Source: Eutreptiella sp. 'Long Island Sound 2002' | Taxonomy: Eukaryota > Protista > Euglenida | Reading direction: 5' to 3' | Assembly (NCBI GenBank): GCA_964036045.1 | Contig: OZ038378.1 | Span: 147,188,001 to 147,252,000 of the forward strand | Length of the DNA stretch: 64,000 nt | Part shown: piece after piece, positions 33,074 to 46,155 of the stretch | Layout: each line of letters opens with the position of its first letter | How positions within the stretch are numbered: position 1 is the stretch's first letter | Program-made: the position numbers and the translations under genes | The notes under the pieces: model-generated | Told to the model about the DNA's origin: nothing | The model's database searches: none | What the model saw: the letters and a program-made list of their open reading frames with translations, nothing else

Positions 33074-36000
33074 TCAGCGGCTCGCCTCCTGCGTCATGTG
33101 CAGTAGCGACAGCTGCTCGTGCATCTCCTCCCGCACCTTGTCCAACTGCACACGCAGGGTTTGGGCCTGCGGCTCTGGCAGGGCCTCCAGCAGCTCCTCC
33201 ATCACCTGTCGACACAGCGCCGAGGGGGGGGGGGGGGATGGCAGGGGGACGCCCACCCGCGGCCACACACCCCCGCACGGACTCGGAGTGTGCATCTGGA
33301 TGCCCCTGGTCAATGGCACAGGGCAACAGCCCCGTCTCCGGGACGGCCGACCCCCGGAGTAGTCAAACAGGACAAGTCATCCGGGGGCTCCGTTGACACA
33401 ACCAAAACACGTTCGGGCCCACAGAGGGTCAGAATGAGCGATGGCGAGAGGCCAATAGGCGCCGCCAAAGGCACACAATCAGATACCGAGGCCTTGTGCC
33501 AACCCCCCTGCCCCCGTGTGACATTCCGTCCGGTTGCTGTTCCTTTACGGGGCCCTGGACAGTCACCCGCTCGTCCCTTCGCATGTTGCGTCGGGTCGCT
33601 GCGTTCTGTCGGCCGCTGCGGCCGGTGCTCCCGCTGGTGTCGTTTCCGCGTTCGCGGAGCCCCGTCGTTGGTGTGCCGGGGTTGTGCTGGATGCGGCGGG
33701 TGCCCTCTGTGCGGTAGCCGGGCCCAGTAGCCCCCCCCCCCCCCCCCTCTGTCTTCACTTTAACAGTCTTAACATCTTAACAGACTGTCTTGGGAAAGAC
33801 CAACTGTGAAGCATTGCTGGCCCCGGCAGTGGAGTGGACGCCACAGGGGCAGAGGGGCTGGGGAGCAGAGGGACATCCGTCCCCCACTCCCCCCCTCTCA
33901 AGATGTTTCCCCACCGTCCGGGGACATCCCATGTGCACCATTTCCTCCTGAACGCCCACAGCACGCACCTCCGGAAATGGCCCCCGGGAGGCTTTACGGC
34001 AGCCCCCCCCCCCCCCATTGAGTCGGATGCATTGGGCAGTGCAATGGGGCATGCGTTGGGGAACACCGTCCGAGAAAACACTTTGATCCTCAGGACTTGA
34101 TGTCACGATTTCAGCCGAAGGCGCAAGGGAACTCGAGGTGACCTCTTCAGGATGTGGAGGAGGAATTGTGGACATTGTTTGATAACACTATCACGCGATT
34201 CATTTGAGGTGCCAGAAGACAATCAAACCAATCCACCATCATTTTGTACCTCGGAAAACTTTGGTCACAACCCCCCACCAAATGGGCGAACATAATGTCC
34301 GGAAACATTACGCCTGCGGAACACCGCGGAACGCTTCTGTCCGACGGAGGGTTGTGCCCCAGTTTCCCTCGTGGGCAGCAAAGCCCAGGAAATGGTGCAT
34401 GGGACCGGCGTGTTCGGCGAAGCAGCGGACAAACATGACCACAGGATGACCAACTCCTACTCGGTTCTGTCCGGAACAACTGCGCCGCAATCCACGGGGG
34501 CCATGGGGCCCAGATTCAGAATGCTTCAAGAACCAATGCACATGCAGCGCCCCCCCCCCCCCCCCAAACCCCCAAGAGGCTGGTACAGAGAGCACACATT
34601 TTGGGGCCGACATTTTGCACAAAATCCGCCCACTTTCCAAACCAATCAAACTTCGAAACGGGATTCCCTCCACAACAACACTCGTGGTCTCTGGCGCCGT
34701 GCTGCCGACGCGGCATACTGCCTTTGCCGCCGCCGCCGCTTGACCGCTGCGTGTGCGTGTGCATGTGCGTGTGCTGCTGCTGTTGTGTGCAGGAGACCAT
34801 TGTGGGACATGGAGAAGGCTCAATGGGCCAAGGCGATGTCAGCCTTCTCGGCCCGGGAACCGACGCTCGGTGAGGGGTGGAGGGGGGCCCACAGCAAACG
34901 CCACTCATCCGTGGAGTCCAAAGCGGCGGGCCTCCCGCTCGAAACCGCAACATTTTAAGACAGGGGTGGCACGTCGTGACGGAGCTTGGGCCGGCCGCCT
35001 GCACCGGCCTATACGCACCTGAACTCCGGCGGTGTTGGATCCGGATGCGGTCGGGATGTCGGGGCTGCTACCCCTCATCAGCAGCAGCCCACACCGGAGC
35101 CCGGAGCCCCGCATGGATCTGCCACGTCCGGGCCCAGCAGCAGGACAGTGCCACTGGGTTGGCCCTGCACCGCAGCAGCAAACGTTCAATTTGCCAAGCG
35201 GATCCGCGCAGCTGACGACTGTGAGATGTGGTACACCCCTGGACACCAGAGAGACAGCACACGCACCTTGAGGGCGGTCTGGTACTCATGCTTTGCTGCC
35301 GTGTACTGGCCCTCCTTCATGAACTGCTCCCCTTTCATTTTGCACTCCGCAAAGCGCATGACACCACCTTGAGAGGCAGGACAGCGACGCAGGCATGGCC
35401 CGCACAGGACGACGTGGGAAGAGGTCCGTTCGACCGCGTCAGGCCAACGCCTTCCGCAACGGGAAGAGCACCCCGGCACCAGCCGTCGAATCCATCGGAC
35501 GTCGTCAGGCCATAAGACGGATGCCAAAAGGGGCAGACAATATGAGGCAGAGACGTGCCATTGGGGGATTGGGGGGGGGCGGAGGCGGGGGGTGAGACCA
35601 AATTAAGTTGAGAAGAATTTGTTTGTAGAAAAACAGACCACAGTGCACTGCGGCGGCCACCGGCACTCCCCCAAATGCACGTTTACGCCATGCCAGCCCC
35701 CGCCCCCCTGCCGCCTGGGACGCCTGATATGATATCGCTGTCTGTCTGTCACTGAGTCTTCTGAGGTTCAACCAGGTATGGAGAATGGAGATGCACTTTG
35801 CTATACTGAGGAGTGCATTACCTCATCCTGCATTTTGCTGCACTGCCCACAGCCAGCAGCACCGGGGGTCACGAACACTGGGGATCCGCGTCCCACAGCA
35901 GCACACGCATGCGCCGCAGGAGGGGGAATCGGGAGCATTGGGGTCGCCCCCCCCCCCCCCCACCAAGGCCTTGTGCCACCCCCCCCCCCCCCGCCCGGCA

Positions 36001-39000
36001 GCGGTGGAGTGCCCAACTCCAAAAAGCACCAAAAGGCCGGGGCATGCAGAGGAATGCTGGGCAGACGTGCAGATGAGGGCAGAAGGTCAGAGGAGGGCCG
36101 GCTCGGCACACAACCGTGGGACACACAGTCGCCCCTCAAGGCCCCATAAGCCAAGCTTTGGAAGCGACTTCAGGTTTCCTCACCTGCAGGGGCTGAAGCA
36201 CAGTGTGACCAGGGGGGGGGGGTTCCGGCACGTGGGTGTGTTGTTCTCGTCTGCAGCGGGCGGTGCCTATTGGCCGATCGCCATTTGCTGCCCTTCCCTT
36301 GGACCCTTTCCCTCCGTAGGCAGCGGTGCCTATCGGCCTCTCACCGCCCTGTGCCCTTCCTCTCCCTCCTTGGCCTATCCTTCCCTCTCTACTTCCCTTT
36401 CCTTCCCCTTGGTTGGTTGTGCCAACGCAGCCCCTGGACTTTCCCCGTTTCCCTGCTCCGTGTCGGGTCCACATGGAGGAGGGCACCGGCCCTCGCCGCG
36501 GGGCTGTCAGGACTCCAAGCCACCGGCTCAACTGCAGGGAATCGCAACCCCAGCCAACAACCAAGGCCTGAGGTGCAGGACGAGGGCCTAGATGAGGGAT
36601 TGCATACCCTGTATTTCCGCCTCCACCTCCTGTGCTCTGGCCTGCGCATCCACGGTCTTGAGCGTCTCGCGTGCTTGAGCATTGTCAGGCTCCAATTCCA
36701 AAACCCGTTGGTACGCAGCTTTCGCCTCCTGAAATCGCGGTGCAGCACATGGCGCTGTGCTGTAGTGTGTCTCCCGTAGTGTCACCCTCTCCAACGCTCT
36801 CACTGCTACCCCTTTGGAAACAACCCCATGTGACCACTGCCGGGGCTGCTTGCAATGCAACCTCCTTCTACCGCCACGACAAAAAGGACATAAACTTTTC
36901 CAAACAAAACTACAGGGCCCGACTTGAATTCTTTTTTGCCCTAAGAGGCTTCATGACGCTTGTTGTTGTTTGCTGATGTGGTTTCACGTTCCGTGCCCGT
37001 GTGTATGTGGGATGGAGAGGCGAAGGTTTGAAGAGCCAGACTAAAAATAAGAGGTAAATATCACAAGACATCTCACGGCAGTTTCTATTTGCATTTAATG
37101 GTGTGGTAGATCTCTCAGTAACGAATATCGGCAAATGATATGTATAAATGATATTCATAGTGCTCATCTTTTGGTTCTAGTTTTTCAGCGTGTCAATTTC
37201 TTGTTCATCTTGCGACCAAGAGATAATCTTACATCTATTTGCACGCTTGCATGTGGCTTATCCCCAAGCCAAAATCTCGAGCTCTTGTGAATGTTGGACA
37301 AGTTAGCAAAATGAAGCTCCCCGCCGACAAATGAAAAAAGCATTCGGCGTCATTGCGTGGTCACATGCATACATACAAACACCTTGGGGCATTGGATTTT
37401 AGCAACCGGCAGACTAGAAGCATGAAGCCAAATTTCTGATTGTGGGTGCAGACCACCTGTCATGCTTGTTGTGCGCCGTCGGTGCCGTAGGGCAAGGGTA
37501 ATCTGTCTGTGCACGTTGTCAAGGCAAAAGTGGGCAACCAACAACGTGCGCGTCGATCCCTTGGCCGTCTCTCTTTGCAAAAGAAATCGTGAATAGAAAC
37601 AATAAAAAAATGTTTCTCCAACGGATGATAGAGTGGAAGGCAATGTTACAACGCTTCAATCTTGTGTGTGATGATTGATCCGGTGATGATGATAATCCGA
37701 AACACGTGTCCGTGTACTTGGTGCAATTGCTTGCCACGCTCAACTTCTCTCGGTTTTCATTCATGCTCTTAACAAACCTTTAACAAACCACATTTCGCGC
37801 ACAAAAGCCCCAAACCACTAAGCACCATCGATGGGGACAAAAAACAAATGGCGCTCCTTCGCCCATCATCACATACCTTGTACTGCTTGAGCGCAACACT
37901 GCATGCCCCTAATCTCATGTATCCCTTCGGCCAATTTGGGGCAAGCTGCGTCGTCTTTTGGGCATCTGCAAGAGCCTCAGGCCATTGTTGTAAATTGGCA
38001 TGGGCCGCCGCACGGTTGCTGTAATACACATGGTTAGTGTCATCTAGTGCAATGGCCTGTGTGAGGATGCAGCCAAGTAGACGTAGAATAGCACTTAGGT
38101 TGTGAACGAGTGAATCCGGTTTAGCCCCAAAAAACTATTGTTGTATGAGAAACCTTGCACTGCTTGAGGAGTCTACGACACGTTCACGTTGAGTAGGACT
38201 ATTGGCACGATGACGACAAAAACAATTGCTTTGAGGGCAAGAGCAAGGGCAAGGTCTAGGGCTAATCACAAAATGAAGAAGTAGTTGTGAAGGAGTGAAT
38301 ATGGATCGTCCTAAATTCGCCTCATCTCTCAAATCGGACATGCCGAAACACGCCACAATACTTATTTTGGAGACCGCTTGTAACAACCGACCATTATTCC
38401 TCGTATCTGCTCAATCTTTAAGTTATGATTTTGAACGTGTCGAACTGAAACGAGTTTGCTATGCGCAATGCAAATGTTGGCACAATGCACCCAAACCGGT
38501 AGCCTTGGAACGCGGTCCACATAAAAGTCGCTTGAGAGACCGACGAGCGGTTGCGTAGAAGGAAAATTCGGTTTCGTATTCAATGCGCAATATGCCTGAC
38601 TCTTCGCACAGTAATTTCATCTCCTTACCAAATTATCCAGCATGGCTTTGCTTCCAAATTGTCCGTGGAGGGAACTCCGGAGGGCCAAATGGGCCGAGGC
38701 ACGTGTGAAACCGCAAGTGACTACGGAGCTGGTAGGGTGTGCACGCACAAGACTGCTCACAAATGCATCAGGTGGGTTTCCGTTACTCATTCGCACGAGC
38801 AAAAACTAACTCCTCATCTTGCAACCTTTTCTTCCCGAAAATGGGGGAATACGAACGCGATGTGTGGGATCAATCGACAAGTGAACACCACGGAGACGAG
38901 CAACCGACTCACATCTTTTTTGCGGATTCAGGCCGGATATACAAATAGCCGACGACCAACCTTCTACACAAAAAGTTCCTTAGTGTCCACCATGCCATTT

Positions 39001-39747
39001 GCGTCATGAGAGCCACCATCAAGCTTCAAATGGTGTTGCCCATGCATAATCGTCCATGGATCCTTTTTATGGTGTGTGAAAGAAAGCGGATTTTATTTTC
39101 CACGTTTTCCAAGCGGCATTTATGGCCCCAAAGTTTGTGTAAACAATTGCGCAACCAATATTCGCCTTTGCGGCCAAGGCCATTCCAAGCCCCAGAATCC
39201 ATCCACACTTGATCCAAAACCTTGCATGCCATCATGGGCCACGAATATTGCGTATTTGCTTCATGCCATTGTTTCATCTTTGGGCACGGAACATGGTTGG
39301 GCATGTGAATTCTGTCAACAAGATGGCGTCCAAAAAGAGGGAAAAGACGACGGCGAGATCTTGATAGTATGCGCGTCTACTATTGTGATCTCCATGATAT
39401 AAAAAACATTATGCGGCTAGGACATCTTTTTCAATTTTGGGTGCTCGTCATGCATGACCGGTGTTTTTTGGGTATTTTGGGCCACGTTAGGTCCACATAG
39501 GCGTGAAGGGCAAGTGAGGTGGATTTGGAAGTGCATGGTAAGTTGCACCTACTTTTGTCCATAGCGGGCGATGTGATTGCATGTAAGATGCTAGATGCCA
39601 AGAACCCACACGAGAAGAACCAGGTGCCCAATTGGACTAGAGCTGATTGCACACCTCGGTGTACTTTTTCAACGCTTCTTCTTGATTTCCCGCTTGCAAG
39701 GCCACATTTCCCTCTTGCTTGAGCTGTTCGGCCGCGTCCACTGTCAT
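33074..39747 (-). CDS. STI1/HOP-like TPR protein, 5 exons (39655-39747, 37877-38056, 36608-36728, 35267-35367, 33074-33205), 208 aa
   Basis: AEQLKQEGNVALQAGNQEEALKKYTE|AIALDDTNHVYYSNRAAA...PNWPKGYMRLG...|EAKAAYQRVLELEPDN. All introns are GT-AG and phases close (627 nt). Confidence 0.9.
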
Positions 39748-41008
39748 GCTTCACCTTGAATGGTAGGATGGAAGGTGCAACGGTGTGTTGGCCACAAACA
39801 AAAGTGCGAGATTCATGAGGGGAAAATTCTCTCTCGTTGCGGCCTAGACGTCCATGAATCGGACAAAGGTAGAACGCATCACCGTCAAAATTCCCATTCG
39901 AACAATGCACAAAACAACCGAGCAAAGCACCCGTAAGCAACACGTCCAACCGTCGTCGGGTGCAAGACAAGCACAAGGCCCTTTCGCAAAAAAAAAAAGA
40001 AACTCAGAAAGATGGATTGTGCTCTCTTTTTGAGCTTGGGGCCGGCTCGGGGATGTGGATCTCAGTCAACGTGCATCTATCTATTCCTTGGTTTTCGACA
40101 GCACGCATGGGACTTTGTCAGTCGTTAACCACGTCCGAAATGAACCTTATCGATGCCATCGTTGCACTTTGTGAACCGTAAACAGCCACATATCGTTGCA
40201 ACAAGGAAAGAAAAAGTCCCAAAATTTTTGTCGTGGGCTACGTTTGCGGCTTCGTACACAACTGCACTATGTGTGACAAAATTGCAATCACTCGAAATGC
40301 TCACCATTAGTCTTGAAAGTCAAACGGAGCAATGCGCACGAAACCACTTAAAATCCTCGAATCTCACGCGACCAGGCTGGGGCCCGATACCGCAAGTGTT
40401 ATCCGGAGAAACGCGTTTTCTGCGGATAAGGGCTTATCCGGAGAAAATTGGCGCGGAGGCGCCAGAACAGGGCACTCGGACTTTTTTATCTTTCACGATG
40501 GTCACAACACTTCGCTCACCCTGCGCCACTTCCCGTTCAACCTCTCAAATGTTACTAGATTCCTTGCCCGCGCTACGCGCGGCAAAACTTGAGCCAAGCC
40601 TTGAGGTATTTCCAGAAAATGTAGACGGGCGTAGACGGCATATTTTATTCCACCATCATGTAGCACACACATGTCCGGCAGAAAGATTCACTCTGAGTGT
40701 CTATATCATTTGGGTATACACCCATACTGCAGCGGTCACCACCGGGACCCTGGCAGCAGTACTCTTAAACCTGCGTCAGGCCTCCGGCAGCCTGCCAGTC
40801 CAGGAAGTCCTGCACTGCACGCAGTCGCGGGAGGGGGCTACACACGCGCACGCGCACACCCACGCGCACGCACGCGCGCGCGCACACACACACACAGCCT
40901 CGCCGTGGCGCCGCACCGAAGAAAAGAAAAACCACGCCACCGGGCAGGCCTCCAGGACTCCCCGACGTTACGGTCTCGGCGAAGTCCTTGGCACGGTAGG
41001 GGGTTCAG

Positions 41009-41080
41009 TGCCGGCTCCTGGATTCGAACCAGGGGCCCCGGCCTGCAGTCCCAGAGCTCTGACCACTAAGCTAAGCCGGC
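41009..41080 (-). pseudogene. tRNA-like 72-nt unit with defective anticodon arm (left arm copy)
   Basis: Reverse complement of 42270-42341. Confidence 0.75.
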
Positions 41081-41158
41081 ACCACCTGACATGTCGAGTT
41101 TGATAGTATACGGCCTGTTCTACAGACATCAACTCCGCCGGACATCGTGTGGCGACAC

Positions 41159-41198
<40 letters not shown>

Positions 41199-41375
41199 CC
41201 TCGTCAACGCTGAAACCCCGCTGGTAGCGAGGGCGGCTTAGGCCAGTGGACAAAGCGTTAGATTTGCCGCTCACGGGTGGCTGGTTCGGACCCAGCAGCT
41301 GTGAGGGTACACTTGCTGAGCCCCCATGGCAAGCGTCCCGGATGGACAAGGTTGGAGGAAGCACAAGCAAGGCCG

Positions 41376-41482
41376 CCACCAAGCAGGTGGCACACGTGTG
41401 TCCACCAAGCAGGTGGCACACGTGTGTCCATCAAGCAGGTGGCACGGGGGTGTGTAGCCATCAAGCAGGTGGCACACCTGTG
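41376..41482. repeat. ~26-bp tandem repeat, 4 copies
   Basis: Unit cca(c/t)caagcaggtggcacacgtgtgt. Confidence 0.85.
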
Positions 41483-41496
41483 GGTCAATGCAGTCC

Positions 41497-42025
41497 CGGT
41501 GTATACCGAAATAAAATAGACACTCAGAAAGTGTACCCTTTCAGCAGCGGACATGTGTGTACTCCCGGTGTATACCGAAATAAAATAGACACTCAGAAAG
41601 TGTACCCTTTCAGCAGCGGACATGTGTGTACTCCCGGTGTATACCGAAATAAAATAGACACTCAGAAAGTGTACCCTTTCAGCAGCGGACATGTGTGTAC
41701 TCCCGGTGTATACCGAAATAAAATAGACACTCAGAAAGTGTACCCTTTCAGCAGCGGACATGTGTGTACTCCCGGTGTATACCGAAATAAAATAGACACT
41801 CAGAAAGTGTACCCTTTCAGCAGCGGACATGTGTGTACTCCAGGTGTATACCGAAATAAAATAGACACTCAGAAAGTGTATTGTTTCTGAACCGGACATC
41901 TGTGTAGTTTCAGCAGCGGACATGTGTTCACTCCAGGTGTATACCGAAATAAAATAGGCACTCAGAAAGTGTGTCCCCTGAACAGCGGTCATGTATGCCA
42001 TTCGGGTGTATAGCAAAAAAAAATA
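41497..42025. repeat. 69-bp tandem repeat, ~7-8 copies
   Basis: cactcag recurs at 41521, 41590, 41659 and onward; the last copies are diverged. Confidence 0.95.
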
Positions 42026-42151
42026 GGGGCTCAGCAAGTGTACCCTCACAGCTGCTGGGTCCGAACCAGCCACCCGTGAGCGGCAAATCTAACGCTTTGT
42101 CCACTGGCCTAAGCCGCCCTCGCTACCAGCGGGGTTTCAGCGTTGACGAGG

Positions 42152-42191
<40 letters not shown>

Positions 42192-42269
42192 GTGTCGCCA
42201 CACGATGTCCGGCGGAGTTGATGTCTGTAGAACAGGCCGTATACTATCAAACTCGACATGTCAGGTGGT

Positions 42270-42341
42270 GCCGGCTTAGCTTAGTGGTCAGAGCTCTGGG
42301 ACTGCAGGCCGGGGCCCCTGGTTCGAATCCAGGAGCCGGCA
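42270..42341 (+). pseudogene. tRNA-like 72-nt unit (Cys/Ala-like loop), right arm copy
   Basis: Acceptor stem GCCGGCT/AGCCGGC, D arm GCTT/GAGC, T arm CCTGG-TTCGAAT-CCAGG. The anticodon stem is mispaired around CTGCAG. Confidence 0.75.
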
Positions 42342-43977
42342 CTGAACCCCCTACCGTGCCAAGGACTTCGCCGAGACCGTAGCGTCGGGGAGTCCTGGAG
42401 ACCTGCCCGGTGGCGTGGTTTTTCTTTTCTTCGGTGCGGCGCCACGGCGAGGCTGTGTGTGTGTGTGTGCGCGCGCGCGTGCGTGCGCGTGGGTGTGCGC
42501 GTGCGCGTGTGTAGCCCCCTCCCGCGACTGCGTGCAGTGCAGGACTTCCTGGACTGGCAGGCTGCCGGAGGCCTGACGCAGGTTTAAGAGTACTGCTGCC
42601 AGGGTCCCGGTGGTGACCGCTGCAGTATGGGTGTATACCCAAATGATATAGACACTCAGAGTGAATCTTTCTGCCGGACATGTGTGTGCTACATGATGGT
42701 GGAATAAAATATGCCGTCTACGCCCGTCTACATTTTCTGGAAATACCTCAAGGCTTGGCTCAAGTTTTGCCGCATTTTGCAACAATAGGCTAAGGAGACA
42801 AATTTTGACAAATCGAAAATCTGAAATTTAAAGGCTAAGGAGACAAATTTTGACAAATTTAACATCTGAAATTTAACAGATGTACCATAGAATAATAACA
42901 GTAATAATAATAAAAATGTAGAAAAATATAAAATATACTGTACTGTCCTATAATGGGCTGAAATTGACCAAAATCTGGCTGCGGCGCCGATTTTCTCCGG
43001 ATAAGCCCTTATCCGGAGAAAACGCGTTTCTCCGGATAACACTTGCGGCCCGATACGCCTCGCCTCGCGCACGCGTGTTCCAGATTTTGGCACAGGAAGG
43101 CTCCGGCAATGCACCTGACCCAAGGGAGGCTGCTCCCTTGTGTCTTGTGCATTGCCCTTGCCTTCCTTACGTCCCCTGTCGTCCCTCGGGAGACTTCGAC
43201 TGTGTGGGTGATGAACAACCTCTCACTCCTCGTAACAAGAGGTTGAAGCCCACGCCACCTACAACTTTGTGGATGAACCAGTGTGTGACCTTTGTGACAA
43301 ATACAAAGTGTACCAAGTTTTGGAGGTGGAGGACATTGGATTTGCTTCAGCAAATATGGTTCGTTATCGAGTGATGGGGAAGCCTTATTGTGTGAACAAG
43401 GTGGCATGTTGTCGAGGTTGCGTGAAAGATTTGGGTATACTCCGTGATGCACTGGCCATCATTGCTAGAAGAGGTGATAGGGTGCTTCTAATGAATGAAA
43501 CATTGTGGCCTACCCCGTCACGAACTGCGCAAACGGGGAACCACTTCAGCTGTCACGTGGACGACCCTCTCTCGCAATCTTGCACTGACACCTACATTGC
43601 AATTGCTAACACTATGCAAGCAATGGTGCAACCTGTCACAAGCGAGGGAGGGACAAATACCCTCACACTTGGTGACCGTGGTACTACAACGGATGCACAA
43701 TTGTTGTGCCAATTGGCGCAACTGCAAGCAGAGGCTCACTTATCGGCCTGCGCAAGTGCACGTGCATACGACTTGCTTTGTGGTGTTGCCTCGGTTCGAA
43801 CTTTGGAGAAGTCGACACCTCTTAGGGCTTTGTGTGGTTTCTCGGAGGCATGCTTCCGTCGGTTGTGCAAGGAACTTTCCAAAGAGATATCCATAGCACT
43901 TGGTTGCGATGCGTCCAGCACGTGGTTTGACCGTTGCGTTTTTGAAGCTCATGTGACTTGTGCTATTGGTACAGAGT

Positions 43978-45141
43978 TCGCACAGGTGCGAACGCTGGCC
44001 CTCACTCGGACGGTGCAAGTTTCTTTTGTCTTTTGTCTTTTGTTTTTTAAGTGGAGTGGTCGGGTGAAGCTATGGTACCCGGCGCCTTGGGTTGGCAACA
44101 CCAATGTGCCACACTCTGCTGAGCGTAAGGGGGAGCTTGCTTGTGTTTCGCGATTCCTGACATATGTTATGGCCTCGTCCCGCATGGGTGACCATGGGAG
44201 GACCCATAAAGGGCAGGCGAATGAGATATGTGCCCGTGGGGTGCGGATTTTTTGCCGCTGCATGCGACCCCCAAAGTCATGATGTTAGCGGGTTGGGCTT
44301 TGTCACGGTGGCATCACGAACGGGCTCCCAACCTCTCGCTATACTCTTGGTTGAAAGTAGAGTGCACATAGTGCCGTAAACTAAATTGCGAGATCTGGAC
44401 GCACAGTCAGTGGCCCAGTAGCTCCGATGTGTGGTGTGTTTCCGACGTGGTGTATTATATTTGGGTTCCGACAAGAAGAACCCCACTTCAGGAGCTCCAA
44501 GATACCCGTAAGCTCTCTCTGAGAGCCGGTTGTGAGGTTTCTTGCTTGGTTTGGAATGATGTTATTTGTATGCTAAGAACATGTTCCCTACAGGACAAAC
44601 ACCGTGTGTTCATGCTGTTTCCTGGGAAAGTCTTAGTGGCAAACTAATTTTGTTCATTTCTTGAATTTCATGAATTTTCCGACCCCCGCCCTTGTGGTGG
44701 GGGTCTTGCACAGCCCTCATTCGGACCGGCTCGCACAGGTGCGAACGCCGGCCCTCACTCGGACGGTGCAAGTTTCTTTTGTCTTTTGTCTTTTGTTTTT
44801 TAAGTGGAGTGGTCGGGTGAAGCTATGGTACCCGGCGCCTTGGGTTGGCAACACCAATGTGCCACACTCTGCTGAGCGTAAGGGGGAGCTTGCTTGTGTT
44901 TCGCGATTCCTGACATATGTTATGGCCTCGTCCCGCATGGGTGACCATGGGAGGACCCATAAAGGGCAGGCGAATGAGATATGTGCCCGTGGGGTGCGGA
45001 TTTTTTGCCGCTGCATGCGACCCCCAAAGTCGTGATGTTAGCGGGTTGGGCTTTGTCACGGTGGCATCACGAACGGGCTCCCAACCTCTCGCTATACTCT
45101 TGGTTGAAAGTAGAGTGCACATAGTGCCGTAAACTAAATTG
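43978..45141. repeat. 411-bp direct duplication (43978-44388 and 44731-45141)
   Basis: Near-identical copies separated by 342 bp. Confidence 0.95.
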
Positions 45142-45773
45142 TTGGACGTAGTTGACATTGTTGCCAAGGGTGCTGCAGGGTGTCTTCAATGCATTCTCGA
45201 TATGTGGGAACGGGTGCAAAATACACAACGAGAGCTACGTGTTCCCATATCAAAGTTGTACCACATTTCCACTGTGTACGCGGATAATGCGTCGGTCAAC
45301 ACTGGGCATTTGAATGGTCTCACCCCATTGTTGAACGAGGCTCGTAAAATGGCATGGGAACATGACCTTCAAGAGAACTTGATACAAGGAGGGTCACGGG
45401 ACACTTTCCCTAAATTCAAGGACTTGCAATTCAAAGGTTGCGACGACCATATCATGGCATTGGTGTATAGTGCTTTAAAAAAGGGTTAACAGCCCGTTTT
45501 TTTTTGGTAAAAAAACGGGTTGTCCGTCCCCAGCCACACAACCAAAAAACCAAGGGTTGTCTCCGGACAGCCCGTTTTTTTTACCAAAAAAAAACGGGCT
45601 GTCTCCGGACAGCCCGTTTTTTTACCGAAAAAAAACGGGTTGTGACCTGTTTTTAGCGCCAGGGGGTTGCAACGGAGCCAAAACAAGGACGCGAAGAGTA
45701 TAAGGCTGCTGCTTATGCGGCTCCCCCAAGTGCAGAAAATGCCCCTATTTCACAGGATCTGTCTGATGCTCCC

Positions 45774-45998
45774 ATGCCTTTCCCTGAGATGCGACGGCCC
45801 AAGGCACCGGCTGCAGAACGCCGGGTTGCATCTGAATTCATTTGTCATAGGTGCTCACGTGAGATTAATGTGTGGCGTAAGTTGCGCGGCATGACCCGCG
45901 TTTTTTGCGCTATGTGCAATGCACCATACCATGAAACTTGCATGGGGAAGGGTGCCAAAGATGGTTCCATGCTTGGCCCTTGTGGCGCACAGGAGTGA
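45774..45998 (+). CDS. PHD-like zinc finger fragment
   Basis: CHRC...CAMCNAPYHETC...GPC; the last Cys ligand is not evident. Confidence 0.6.
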   Translation: MPFPEMRRPKAPAAERRVASEFICHRCSREINVWRKLRGMTRVFCAMCNAPYHETCMGKGAKDGSMLGPCGAQE

Positions 45999-46155
45999 GT
46001 TTTATTGAAGTGATTTTATAATTCGGATTCGGCGAATGCCTCGCTCTAACCCTATTCCCATCCTTTCCTTCTCATGGTACCACATGGTACTCGGATTCGG
46101 AGGACAAAATCATCGAAACTAACATGCTAACCAAAGGTGACAATTCAAAACTATC

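Larger units (their letters stand above)
40579..42773. repeat. Long inverted repeat, arms 40579-41324 and 42026-42773, with a 701-bp spacer
   Basis: The arms are near-identical reverse complements; mirror-image ORFs appear in the ORF track. Confidence 0.95.
40391..43047. mobile_element. Non-autonomous TIR element with 9-bp TSD (Mutator-like), containing an inner 746-bp inverted repeat
   Basis: TSD gcccgatac at 40382-40390 and 43048-43056. ~65-bp TIRs at 40391-~40455 and ~42985-43047. Confidence 0.85.

Noticed and set aside
34080-34720. Fourth PLE-like RT relic
   Set aside because: Only vague resemblance; no motif A, B' or C recoverable.
39560-39654. Extra TPR-like coding sequence after TPR exon 1
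   Set aside because: Lies beyond a good GT donor and contains an in-frame stop; exon 2 supplies the proper continuation.
41497-42025. CRISPR-like arrays (also 14883-15146, 24746-25122, 27218-27601)
   Set aside because: The units are contiguous with no unique spacers, there are no cas genes, and the context is eukaryotic.
42270-42341. Functional tRNA-Cys/Ala gene
   Set aside because: The anticodon stem is mispaired and loop positions 32/33 cannot be satisfied together with the stem; kept as tRNA-like.
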